Below, one piece after another: positions 19,345 to 28,191 of a DNA stretch of 64,000 nucleotides. A model generated the notes under the pieces. That model was given only the letters and a program-made list of their open reading frames with translations, did not search any database and was not told where the DNA came from. The stretch comes from a virus. Taxonomy: Duplodnaviria > Heunggongvirae > Uroviricota > Caudoviricetes. Within the stretch, counting starts at the first letter, position 1. Each line of letters starts with the position of its first letter. Location of the stretch: IMG/VR virus record IMGVR_UViG_3300008114_001632; one strand, 5' to 3'. The translations under genes were made by a program, and so were the position numbers.

Positions 19345-19423
19345 TGGTTGCGGAGGCAGGATTCGCACCTGCGATCTCTAGCTTATGAGACTAGCGAGGA
19401 CGACTGGACTCCTCTACTCCGCT
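19345..19423 (-). tRNA. tRNA(CAU) - Met or lysidine-Ile; atypical (A1:A72, T-loop TGCGAAT)
   Basis: Anticodon loop CTCATAA. Confidence 0.55.
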
Positions 19424-19619
19424 TCAAAATATTATACAGCTGACAACTCATTAGTACTTCCATCGTTATAAGCACCATTCACCCGAATTAACAAGCTCGA
19501 GCGGGACTCGGTACGTCACTTGGGATACTAGTCCAGTTAGCAACCAATCTGCGCCGATCTTCCGATCAGCCGGGAGTTGAACCCGTCCCCTTCTACTATA
19601 TCAGTCCTTCGAAGAAACC

Positions 19620-19648
19620 TTTATAGCGTGACATTCTCTTGCTGACAA
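19620..19648 (-). promoter_or_regulatory. sigma70-like promoter TTGTCA-17-TATAAA overlapping palindrome TGACAACGAATTGTCA
   Basis: Hexamers 17 nt apart; perfect 6-bp inverted repeat at 19643-19658. Confidence 0.4.
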
Positions 19649-19799
19649 CGAATTGTCATGTGCATAACATTTCTGCTATTCTGAAACACACTACGACATT
19701 GTTATACAACCAGCTCTAATTGCTGTTTGTGGTAATGTGTTTTAGAATAGTGTTAAGACTGAGATTACATCTTAACCATAAGCACCTCTAGCATTACCG

Positions 19800-20510
19800 T
19801 ACACCTTGCGAGTATACGTTCTCTAGACATCCACTAAGTCCATATCACTATGTAACCTAGTCTGCTTACAGTATCGCCGTTTTAAGTCAGGCAGTAGACT
19901 TGACGCCATATGCTATTCTACACCATCTATTCCGTTAACCTTGCGAGCTATTCGAGTGCGCTAACACCCTACGAAACTTCCAGTATAAACTAATGTTACC
20001 TTGCGAGCTTCATTAGACTTGATTGTGTTACCACTCAAGTATTAGATACTTTTCACATACGACCGAGGCAGTCTTTGCATTTTTGTTTAAATGATCGGAT
20101 TTGAACCGACAGCATTCTTCTTAACAGGAAGATGATCTACCATTGATCTACATTAACCTACCGCGATGAGCTGCCTCAGTTGCTTCATACTCTTTTGGAA
20201 TACAAAATACAACTCACCACATACCTTTTGCCTCGCGAGCTACTCAGTGATGTTTCACGATCGGTGTACTGTATTACTACAGCCCACTAACCATTTACAT
20301 TGTATACGAGCTCTTAGGTGCGACCCCTCGAACAAGTACACTACCCTTTCTCATACCAACTAACTGATTGGTTTTATATGGAAGTCAGCACCACCTGTTA
20401 CTTTTCACTGCCCCGTGTTCCTTGCGGCACGTCGAACAATGTTCTTTCCCATACATCAGCTTTGCTGTTACATCCACCGGTCTTATGAGTGAACGCTACC
20501 TCGCGGTAGT
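19800..20510. repeat. array of >=6 degenerate copies of motif (T)TACCTTGCGAG(C) in an ORF-free region
   Basis: Copies at 19801, 19935, 19995, 20229, 20416 and 20494, with diverged flanks. Confidence 0.55.
20086..20160 (-). pseudogene. degenerate tRNA-Asn(GUU)-like pseudogene
   Basis: D, anticodon (CTGTTAA) and T arms fold; acceptor stem 5/7; no CCA. Confidence 0.4.
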
Positions 20511-20650
20511 GAGCAGGCTTGTTTACGTGAACCATTGCTGGCGCTAGTATGTAGGCATTCTAGCTTTGGGTGTGTCGCCACACTTATTCTTTGTAAACGG
20601 CAAGCCGCCTACAGGATGATAAACCACCCTTAAATTCTTAACATGTGTCT

Positions 20651-20679
20651 ATTTTAGCAAATTTTTACTGTCTTGTCAA
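20651..20679 (-). promoter_or_regulatory. sigma70-like promoter TTGACA-17-TAAAAT reading into the ORF-free repeat region
   Basis: Hexamers with 17-nt spacer. Confidence 0.45.
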
Positions 20680-20708
20680 CATCTTTTTAAAAATATTTCT
20701 AAAACATT

Positions 20709-20782
20709 TGGAGCGGGTAGCGAGAATCGAACTCGCGAATAAACCTTGGCAAGGTTTCAGGTTACCATTACATCATACCCGC
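20709..20782 (-). tRNA. tRNA-Gly(GCC)
   Basis: Close to E. coli tRNA-Gly(GCC); anticodon loop TTGCCAA. Confidence 0.8.
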
Positions 20783-20787
20783 ATATT

Positions 20788-20862
20788 TGGTGGACCGTCG
20801 GGGGATCGAACCCCGACCTAAGCCTTGCAAAGGCCCCGTGCTCCCATTATCACTAACAGCCC
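20788..20862 (-). tRNA. tRNA-Ala(UGC)
   Basis: G3:U70 identity pair; anticodon loop TTTGCAA. Confidence 0.8.
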
Positions 20863-20868
20863 AAAAAA

Positions 20869-20946
20869 TGGTCGGAGTACAAGGATTCGAACCTTGGACC
20901 CCCTGGTCCCAAACCAGGTGCGCTAGCCAGACTGCGCCACACTCCG
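20869..20946 (-). tRNA. tRNA-Pro(UGG)
   Basis: C1-G72; loop TTTGGGA. Confidence 0.7.
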
Positions 20947-20947
20947 A

Positions 20948-21172
20948 TTATACTTTTCTTAGATACTCTCTACCAATTTTGCCTTCTTGAATTTCAAGCA
21001 GTGCAGAAACTGGCGCATTAACTTGGGTAGACATTTCGTCGTTCCTGTGTTTCCTTGCTATTTCTCTAGCTCTAACTGAAGCAATTAATACTAGATCAAA
21101 TCTACCACCAACATTTTCAACACATTTATTAGTATCAATAGTTGGACCACGACTTAAAGTTTTTGCTTTCAT
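20948..21172 (-). CDS. rpoZ: RNA polymerase omega subunit (RpoZ)-like protein
   Basis: GGRFDLVLIASVRAREI and LLEIQEG match E. coli omega GNRFDLVLVAARRARQ and ALREIEEG. Embedded in the tRNA operon. Confidence 0.6.
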   Translation of the reverse strand: MKAKTLSRGPTIDTNKCVENVGGRFDLVLIASVRAREIARKHRNDEMSTQVNAPVSALLEIQEGKIGREYLRKV

Positions 21173-21188
21173 ATCTACCTTTTAAAAT

Positions 21189-21262
21189 TGGAGCGGGATA
21201 TCAGAATCGAACTGATGACCGAAGATTGGAAATCTGCTGTTTTACCATTAAACTAATCCCGC
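21189..21262 (-). tRNA. tRNA-Gly(UCC)
   Basis: Anticodon loop TTTCCAA. Confidence 0.7.
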
Positions 21263-21273
21263 TTACTAACATT

Positions 21274-21356
21274 GGTGCCCCAGGTCGGACTCGAACCGAC
21301 ACGCCTTGCGGCACTGGCTTCTAAGACCAGCGTGGCTACCATTACACCACCGGGGC
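21274..21356 (-). tRNA. tRNA-Leu(UAG), long variable arm
   Basis: Anticodon loop CTTAGAA. Confidence 0.7.
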
Positions 21357-21370
21357 AAAAACTAACACTT

Positions 21371-21444
21371 TGGTGCCCCTACACAGAATCGAACTGCAAA
21401 CTACGGATTACAAAACCGTCGTTATACCATTTAACTATAAGGGC
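21371..21444 (-). tRNA. tRNA-Thr(UGU)
   Basis: Anticodon loop TTTGTAA. Confidence 0.7.
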
Positions 21445-21497
21445 AAAAACTTTCTATATTTTAATTGTACACTCTTTACAATCAAAGTCAACTAATA

Positions 21498-21574
21498 TGG
21501 CGCACCGTAGGGGACTCGAACCCCTGGCCTCTTGCGTGACAGGCAAGCGATCTAACCAACTGAGCTAACGGTGC
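21498..21574 (-). tRNA. tRNA-Asp(GUC)
   Basis: Anticodon loop CTGTCAC. Confidence 0.8.
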
Positions 21575-21829
21575 AAAATCTTTAATAAATTGTTTGAGGA
21601 AGTTCTTGACACGCATCACCAACTTGCGTCAAGACCTCATTACAGGCCTAGTAGTTCCGCCGCCTTCCTGGAGTTTGGAATAGTTCTTGCCCTTTGACTC
21701 GATGGTGTCTCGTCATACTCTAGAACCCTCCTGCTTCATGGGTATCAAGGCCGAGCATTTCTGCTACGCAATCACCTTTTCGTTCACCCCTAGCGGACTA
21801 GGTAACCTTAAACAACTTACTAAAAAACT

Positions 21830-21904
21830 TGGTACACGATACGAGAATCGAACTCGTCTTTCCGCCTTGAAAGGGCAGCGTCCTAACCGATAGACGAATC
21901 GTGC
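21830..21904 (-). tRNA. tRNA-Glu(UUC)
   Basis: Anticodon loop CTTTCAA. Confidence 0.7.
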
Positions 21905-21912
21905 ATTTAATT

Positions 21913-22002
21913 TGGCGGAGCGTCAGGGAGTCGAACCCTGTGACCCTTTTTACGTGATCTACGGTTTAGCAAACCGCTGCCTTACCATCCGGCCCACGCT
22001 CC
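21913..22002 (-). tRNA. tRNA-Ser(GCU), long variable arm
   Basis: Anticodon loop TTGCTAA. Confidence 0.7.
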
Positions 22003-22007
22003 TAAAT

Positions 22008-22083
22008 TGGCTCCTCAGCGTGGGATCGAACCACGGACACCTTGATTAACAGTCAAGTGCAACTACCGCTGTGCTACTGAGGA
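22008..22083 (-). tRNA. tRNA-Asn(GUU)
   Basis: Anticodon loop CTGTTAA; perfect acceptor stem. Confidence 0.8.
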
Positions 22084-22190
22084 ATAAATCTGCTTTCAAC
22101 TGTACACTTTTGTACACAGATGAAAACAGATTAATCTGTTTCCGTATTCAACTTTTTAAAGAACGTTTGTAAACTTGTTACAGTTTACGT

Positions 22191-22219
22191 AGTATAACAC
22201 CGAAAAAGTTCTGTGTCAA
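22191..22219 (-). promoter_or_regulatory. sigma70 promoter TTGACA-17-TATACT for the tRNA operon
   Basis: Hexamers with 17-nt spacer. Confidence 0.6.
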
Positions 22220-22283
22220 CTACTTTTTAAAATCTTTTTACTTGAACAACTCTGCAGCCGCTTTGTTGTTTAAGTAAGTGTCT

Positions 22284-22312
22284 ATTGTATTGCCTTATTG
22301 CTTGCCTGTCAA
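22284..22312 (-). promoter_or_regulatory. second tandem promoter TTGACA-17-TACAAT
   Basis: Hexamers with 17-nt spacer. Confidence 0.5.
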
Positions 22313-22337
22313 CTGTTTTTTTGTTGTTTTTACGCAA

Positions 22338-22371
22338 CAAAAAACCCTGGGTGTTTAGTCCAGGGTTTTTA
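22338..22371. terminator. bidirectional rho-independent terminator
   Basis: CCCTGG-GTGTTTAGT-CCAGGG hairpin between A6 and T5. Confidence 0.7.
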
Positions 22372-22566
22372 AAGTTTGTTAGTGCTTACTTACAACTTCA
22401 TAACCCTAGTCATGGTGGCGTCACTGCCTGGATTCTCTGATCCAAGTGTTGTTGACGCTACGGGGGATAGTGTTACGAATAGCATTGAAAGCATTTCCTT
22501 TTTCATATATTTTATTTATCCCAGTTCTAAAAAACTACCTTATAATAGGCTCAAAACGGAGATTTG

Positions 22567-22944
22567 TCAACCAACCTCTTGTATGTTTGAAATGTTAAGT
22601 TCAACTGCTTGAACTCGATCATATCGAAAACTACGCCAGTTGTCAGCGTCTATGTCCCAAACATTGATTGTGCCAGGCTTGCTTGGCTTTGAACTGTTGG
22701 ATGGACGTGACTTTTCTGGAATATAATTCAAACTTTTTGTACAGGTCATAATTCTTTGATCACCGTCTAGTTTGAGGAACGTCACTCTTAGGATCTGTTC
22801 TTTGAGCATCTGGGTCAGGGCTTCCTCTGTTGGGATCCCTTTTAGTGCCGCCATTGTATCTTGTACCGTAGATTCGGTCCCATCCACTGCTGTATTTTGC
22901 ATCATCTGCGCCTTTTCTTCTTGCACTGCCTTTTCCTCCGTCAC
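22567..22944 (-). CDS. hypothetical protein
   Basis: ORF upstream-adjacent to clpP in the same operon. Confidence 0.4.
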   Translation of the reverse strand: MTEEKAVQEEKAQMMQNTAVDGTESTVQDTMAALKGIPTEEALTQMLKEQILRVTFLKLDGDQRIMTCTKSLNYIPEKSRPSNSSKPSKPGTINVWDIDADNWRSFRYDRVQAVELNISNIQEVG

Positions 22945-22947
22945 TCA

Positions 22948-23565
22948 TTATCGTTTCTCTACAACTTTATCTGCTAAACCGTAATCAACCGCTTCTTGTG
23001 CATTTAAGAAAGTATCAAATTTCATTGTTTCAAAAAGCTCATCGTATTGTTTGCCTTTGGTGTTGTGTTTGACATACAGCTCGGTTAATCGCTTGTTGAG
23101 TTTTTTACTTTCTTCCATTGAACGAATAGCATCTTCAAATTGAAGTTCTTGTACATGAACTGAACCACGTGTTCCAGGAGTACCTGAACTAACTCGATGT
23201 ATCATAGTACGGCTTTCAGGCAGTACTACTCGCTTACCTGCCGTGCCTGCTTGTGCTAGGAACGAGCCCATTGAACATGCCTGACCCATGACAATAGTAC
23301 GAATATCACATTTGATGTACTGCATTGTGTCGTAGATAGCTAGTCCTGCGGTAACTGCACCGCCAGGCGAATTAATATATAGGTTAATGTCTTTGTCTGG
23401 ATTCTCTGCTTCTAAAAATAATAACTGTGCTACAATTACATTAGCCATATTATCTTCTACAGGGCCGTTGAGCATAACAATTCGATCTTTGAGCAAGCGG
23501 CTGTAAATATCATATGAACGCTCGCCGCGAGTCTCTTGTTCAACAACCATTGGGATTAGTGGCAT
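22948..23565 (-). CDS. clpP: ATP-dependent Clp protease proteolytic subunit ClpP
   Basis: Full-length ClpP with the Ser-His-Asp region (GQACSMGSF...MIHRV). Confidence 0.9.
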   Translation of the reverse strand: MPLIPMVVEQETRGERSYDIYSRLLKDRIVMLNGPVEDNMANVIVAQLLFLEAENPDKDINLYINSPGGAVTAGLAIYDTMQYIKCDIRTIVMGQACSMGSFLAQAGTAGKRVVLPESRTMIHRVSSGTPGTRGSVHVQELQFEDAIRSMEESKKLNKRLTELYVKHNTKGKQYDELFETMKFDTFLNAQEAVDYGLADKVVEKR

Positions 23566-23807
23566 TATCTTCTTCCTTCGTAAGTAATAGTTTCTTTTGG
23601 GCCAGCAGTAGTAAACTCAAGACCTGCCATCGAGCCAACATAGTTATTGCCTCGATGATTAAATTTAAGTATCATTTTAATTTTTCTTTGTATACTTACA
23701 CTAATAAGCATGCCTGGGCGAAATTCTAGGATTTCAGCTGGCACTATTTCATTTTTATCCGTGCAGTGCAGATCAACAGTATCTGCGTATGTTTTTTTAA
23801 CTGTCAT
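23565..23807 (-). CDS. hypothetical protein
   Basis: ORF. Confidence 0.3.
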   Translation of the reverse strand: MTVKKTYADTVDLHCTDKNEIVPAEILEFRPGMLISVSIQRKIKMILKFNHRGNNYVGSMAGLEFTTAGPKETITYEGRR

Positions 23808-24028
23808 TATCTTAATTCCATTAGTTTGAGATTTAGTACAAAATTCTCTACTAGTAGTTTAACAATAATAGCCTTGTTTGTCAAGTTATCATTATTCATC
23901 TCAAGTACATGGGAAGCCATAAGTTCATAAGCATCATGTTCACTAATAGCTAACATGCCCCAGTCAATAGGATCTTCCATTTCAACTTCCATAGCAAGAT
24001 CTACTAGAGTTCTTACATCTCGATTCAT
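23807..24028 (-). CDS. hypothetical protein
   Basis: ORF. Confidence 0.3.
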   Translation of the reverse strand: MNRDVRTLVDLAMEVEMEDPIDWGMLAISEHDAYELMASHVLEMNNDNLTNKAIIVKLLVENFVLNLKLMELR

Positions 24029-24789
24029 AACAATTTCCAGTCACCTTCAACACTGAAGAAACTAAGATCAGTTCCTCGCACAGTCTGAACAGGATAATTT
24101 GCCTCAATGGTTACAGGTTTATCTAGAAACTTTTCAAGAATATGACTTAGTTTGTTTTTGCCGTCTACGCTCAAACGATGCAGTACATTTTGTTCATTTA
24201 CAAACCAGTACCAATTTAGATCTTGATTTTTAGTTTTGCGATGAATCTTATCTACAAATGTCAATGTCCTAGATTCCTTTTCGGGTCGAGCACGATTATG
24301 CATGGGCACTACTGTAGTTTTCTTTAGATTATCTATTATAGTATCTTCTTTATAAAAAGAAGGCAAGCGAATCATCATAGGCAAAAACTTTAATTTTAAT
24401 TTTGTTGGATCCATGCTTAACAGCTCTTGCAGATCTACTCTAAAGTTACTCATACTCTGCGACTTCAATGCTAGAATAGTAAGTTTATTCCTGTAATACT
24501 TGCGAATCTGATTTGCTCGCTGAATTTGAAAATCGTTAGGAGCAGTTACCTTTAGGCCATCGAATCCTTTCGAATACTTAAGAGATTTCCAAGCTTCTCC
24601 AATTTCCCAAAGTGGTGCGTCTGCGTCAATAGCAGAAATAATAGAGGCTAACACATCGAATGGTGCATCAAACGTCTTTTCTTGATCTTCAGTCTTAACT
24701 TCAAAATCATCTAACCAGGTGTATTGCGCTGGTTTAATTTGTGCTAGTATCTGTCCAAGCTGTGTTACTGATGTCATATTCATGTCCAA
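24025..24789 (-). CDS. hypothetical protein
   Basis: ORF. Confidence 0.4.
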   Translation of the reverse strand: MDMNMTSVTQLGQILAQIKPAQYTWLDDFEVKTEDQEKTFDAPFDVLASIISAIDADAPLWEIGEAWKSLKYSKGFDGLKVTAPNDFQIQRANQIRKYYRNKLTILALKSQSMSNFRVDLQELLSMDPTKLKLKFLPMMIRLPSFYKEDTIIDNLKKTTVVPMHNRARPEKESRTLTFVDKIHRKTKNQDLNWYWFVNEQNVLHRLSVDGKNKLSHILEKFLDKPVTIEANYPVQTVRGTDLSFFSVEGDWKLL

Positions 24790-25619
24790 AGTGATTGACG
24801 GATTTTAATTAGACGAATCATCATAGCTTCGTCTTCCTTTTCATAAGCCTTTTCGATCTTAGTAAGTAACTTGTGTGCTTTGTCGCTGGCCTTGCGATCT
24901 TCTGGGTCTTTTGAATTAAGACTTGAGAACATGCTACCAGGGTACTTTACACGCATAGCATCACAGTGAGCACTCCAGCCACTTGCTTCGTATGGGTCTG
25001 GACGAGTGCGATAGGTAACAGTCCACCAGGTGTAAAGTTCGATAATTTCTTTAGCAGCCGTAGCTTGGTATGTAGGCTCTGCTTTGTGCTTTTCACCTTC
25101 GTCTAACCATTCTTCGTTAGTTAGAGTTGATGCCCATTTTAAGTATTCCATACCAGCTTCTGGACAACGCCAAGTTCTCCAACGCAGCCATCCCTTGCGC
25201 CACCAAGGAGTTTCAAATTTAGTTTTAGCTTCGTCACTCCATATGCAGTGATGCCAGGCTTGCTCTATCTCAACAAAATCCACCAGCTCGTTAAAAAGGC
25301 AAGGAAGAAACCGATTGCCCACATCGCACCAATCCCCAGGCTTAATATCGCGAGCATGAGCAGTAAGGCTATGGCTGCGACTGACCCAACGATTATTAAT
25401 ATAATATCTAATGTCATTTAATTTCCTTTCAGGCCATGTGACAAAGTCTTGGATGTGTCCAAGTGCTTCTTCGGCTAACCAGTAGCGAAAGTTGTGTTTC
25501 ATTTGTGCTTGAGTAGTCCACTCATCCCATTCTTCGGCTGTGCCGGCGCCGAGCTTTTTGGTGCCGCGAATCCAATCTGCAAACTTTGAGCAACTCCAAT
25601 AATTACCGTGTTGAGCCAT
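24780..25619 (-). CDS. hypothetical Trp-rich protein
   Basis: ORF. Confidence 0.4.
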   Translation of the reverse strand: MAQHGNYWSCSKFADWIRGTKKLGAGTAEEWDEWTTQAQMKHNFRYWLAEEALGHIQDFVTWPERKLNDIRYYINNRWVSRSHSLTAHARDIKPGDWCDVGNRFLPCLFNELVDFVEIEQAWHHCIWSDEAKTKFETPWWRKGWLRWRTWRCPEAGMEYLKWASTLTNEEWLDEGEKHKAEPTYQATAAKEIIELYTWWTVTYRTRPDPYEASGWSAHCDAMRVKYPGSMFSSLNSKDPEDRKASDKAHKLLTKIEKAYEKEDEAMMIRLIKIRQSLWT

Positions 25620-26073
25620 TTTGTACTTCCTTTAAACTTTCATCTCTAAACAGTTTAACATCTTTGACTGCACTTGTCAATGTATGTGCATAATTGATTG
25701 CCTGCTGTTCACTCATTAAAACAGTAGTTTCTGCACGAACATAACCTTTAGTCCAAACGTCCCATGTTAAGCGCAGCCTAGTAACAACACCGTTTACTAG
25801 ATCTTTCCAAAACCAATCCCACTCTTGCAACCAAGGACTATTGATATCGTAACGCTTTTTAACTGCTTCAGTCCAGTAGTCAGTTTTAACTGTAGCATAT
25901 GTGTTCACACTAACACCCATTTCGTCTGCTTCTACTTCTACAGTTAAAGCATGATCTGGTTGTCCGCATCCGCATACTACGTGATACCATTTTGAATTTC
26001 CAAAGTCGTTAGTTTTTAAAATACCTTCTGCTGGTGCTTGTGGCTTCATATTTTCTCTCCGCAATGTGGGCAA
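25603..26073 (-). CDS. hypothetical protein
   Basis: ORF. Confidence 0.4.
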   Translation of the reverse strand: MPTLRRENMKPQAPAEGILKTNDFGNSKWYHVVCGCGQPDHALTVEVEADEMGVSVNTYATVKTDYWTEAVKKRYDINSPWLQEWDWFWKDLVNGVVTRLRLTWDVWTKGYVRAETTVLMSEQQAINYAHTLTSAVKDVKLFRDESLKEVQNGSTR

Positions 26074-26282
26074 TGCCTAGCTGTAGCATTACGCATTTCT
26101 TTTAGTGTCCGGTTGAGCTTTCTAGCATCAGCAGTAATCCTACGTATGCTTTTACGATCTCTGTCGCTTTTGGCCTTATCTAGTTCTTCTTTAAGGTGTA
26201 GCTTCATTTTAGCTAGCCTACCTTCAAAGATTTCAATGAAACCTGTTATACCAGGACTCTTGTCTGCTGGCGTGCCGCTCAT
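26046..26282 (-). CDS. hypothetical protein (C-terminal CPHCG zinc-ribbon-like)
   Basis: ORF. Confidence 0.3.
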   Translation of the reverse strand: MSGTPADKSPGITGFIEIFEGRLAKMKLHLKEELDKAKSDRDRKSIRRITADARKLNRTLKEMRNATARHCPHCGEKI

Positions 26283-26752
26283 TCTTCAAATCCTGACATT
26301 TTCATTTCTTGACTGCGTAATCGTTCTTGATGTTCATTCTCATGCAGATCACACAATGTTCTAATCCATCCGCCATTACGCTGTGTACCAGGAGCACCAC
26401 ACTCTTCGCAACTTGCATCTGCCCAGGCTTCTGCCATACGTACCATGCCTGCAATAGTGTCGTCGCCGCCTTGGTAGTAGAAGCGTAGTCCGCCAAACTT
26501 TTCTTTAATCTGTTCCACAGTTACTTGCGGAACTGCTTCGGGTATTGGATGAACATACTTGTTATTTTCTAACAGCCGTTTTCGTTGATCGTTTCGCCAA
26601 TCTGCGTGACTTTGAATGTTAGCACACAATGCTTCGATAATAGGATACCAACCCGCACCTACAGCAAAGCCACCATATCTGCCTTCGAACATTTTTGGAA
26701 AACGTTCTTCCATGCGTTTAGCAAATTCTTCATACTCGTTGGTATCTTCCAT
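26279..26752 (-). CDS. hypothetical protein
   Basis: ORF. Confidence 0.4.
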   Translation of the reverse strand: MEDTNEYEEFAKRMEERFPKMFEGRYGGFAVGAGWYPIIEALCANIQSHADWRNDQRKRLLENNKYVHPIPEAVPQVTVEQIKEKFGGLRFYYQGGDDTIAGMVRMAEAWADASCEECGAPGTQRNGGWIRTLCDLHENEHQERLRSQEMKMSGFEE

Positions 26753-27189
26753 TATATCTCCAAATATTCGTAATTAACACTTTCTGGGTTTTCTTGTAAA
26801 ACTATTGCTCCGTTGGCTAAGTGAAACTTTCTAGCCATTTCTGTCTTAGGGCTTAATGTTACATACCGACTAACTTTTCTAGTTTGTTTGATATGTCTCG
26901 CAACACCAAATACTATGTCTCGACCTGCACCTTTGGTATAACTCCATACTGTATAAAACACAACAATATCACCATCGTTGTCGCAGAAGTTCATTAACTC
27001 TTGTTCTGTGGTAGGTACAGTGTGTGTATATGCAACACAGATTACGCCATGTACACTACCGCTAAAATCATCTTCTAATAACCAAACTTGATTGGGTTTT
27101 CTAATCCTAAACTCTACGGGTATGTGCGGACGTACAGGGTCATCTTTTAAATACGCTAAGTGAGAATCATGTGTTACATTAACCAGCAT
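26752..27189 (-). CDS. hypothetical protein
   Basis: ORF. Confidence 0.4.
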   Translation of the reverse strand: MLVNVTHDSHLAYLKDDPVRPHIPVEFRIRKPNQVWLLEDDFSGSVHGVICVAYTHTVPTTEQELMNFCDNDGDIVVFYTVWSYTKGAGRDIVFGVARHIKQTRKVSRYVTLSPKTEMARKFHLANGAIVLQENPESVNYEYLEI

Positions 27190-27611
27190 CAGCTTAGACC
27201 TGCTAGAAGTTTATATTTTTCCCAAGCGAGTTGTACTGAGGGGTTAGATGCAACTTCTGTTTCAGGAGCAAACGTTTCTAACCAGTAGTAGGGCAATCGT
27301 CGAGGGTGAGACCCAAACTTGCGAGGTTGGTGCAGTTTACCAGTTTCCCAAAGTTCAATGCTTACGCTACGAAATCGATCTTCATCCTCTGCAGGATAGT
27401 CCATCCATTCTGGATTACTAAGTGGGTTACCAAAAGTTTGGCCGCCCCCGTATCCTTCCCAGATACCTTTCCATTGATCAGCATCTCTCGGATCAAAATC
27501 AGTGCGAGTGATCAACACCAACACATCGTCAATGTCTACTTTTCCGTCAACAATATCACGCACACATCGGCTGTAACTCAGTCCAATCTTCATTTCGTAC
27601 TCTCTTCGCAA
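27189..27611 (-). CDS. hypothetical protein
   Basis: ORF. Confidence 0.4.
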   Translation of the reverse strand: MRREYEMKIGLSYSRCVRDIVDGKVDIDDVLVLITRTDFDPRDADQWKGIWEGYGGGQTFGNPLSNPEWMDYPAEDEDRFRSVSIELWETGKLHQPRKFGSHPRRLPYYWLETFAPETEVASNPSVQLAWEKYKLLAGLS

Positions 27612-28191
27612 TAAGTTTATGAATGCCTGGGTTTACTTTTAATACATGCGGCATCATCTCATGTCTAATATAGTTACGAGTATAACAGATATTTGCATTA
27701 CTGTCATCCTCTATATACTCAATGTTATTTAAATTTGTCCACAGTTCGAAGTCCCTCTTTCTGGTTAAGCGAAACGGTCGTACTACATTTTGCCGAGTGT
27801 ACGGAATAATTTTTGCTGTACCATGCATACTACTCCAAATCCAAGTCTCTACACAATCATCCAAATGGTGTGCAGTTACTACAGTATGGCCTTTCCAAGC
27901 TTCACCATTGAACCAAGCATAGCGTTCATTACGCCACCATTCTTCTTTGCTCATATTTTTTGGACATTCGCCTTCAATAGTGTGTTCTCTGTATCGAACA
28001 TCAGTATACTTGGTACGGCATTGTTCTCTAAGCCAAGCACCAGCTTTTTGTCCATGCTCAGTTTTATGATTAAAGTAGGCCACAGTTACACGATGATTTC
28101 TACGCAAGAAATCTAGTGCAGCCATTGAGTCTACACCGCCTGAACAGGCCAGTACAATATCACGAGGGAGTTTGCCCTGTAGCTTAATCAT
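27556..28191 (-). CDS. PP-loop ATPase, tRNA(Ile)-lysidine synthetase (TilS) N-domain-like
   Basis: SGGVDS PP-loop plus the HHLDD motif characteristic of TilS. Confidence 0.6.
   Translation of the reverse strand: MIKLQGKLPRDIVLACSGGVDSMAALDFLRRNHRVTVAYFNHKTEHGQKAGAWLREQCRTKYTDVRYREHTIEGECPKNMSKEEWWRNERYAWFNGEAWKGHTVVTAHHLDDCVETWIWSSMHGTAKIIPYTRQNVVRPFRLTRKRDFELWTNLNNIEYIEDDSNANICYTRNYIRHEMMPHVLKVNPGIHKLIAKRVRNEDWTELQPMCA

Noticed and set aside
19800-20510. CRISPR array interpretation of the TACCTTGCGAG repeats
   Set aside because: Repeats are only about 12 nt and degenerate, and the spacing is irregular (60-230 bp). This is not CRISPR-like. It is more consistent with decayed duplicated RNA units.
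21687-21893. Plus-strand ORF 21687..21893
   Set aside because: It runs through the tRNA-Glu gene and an intergenic spacer of the minus-strand tRNA operon, and has no RBS.
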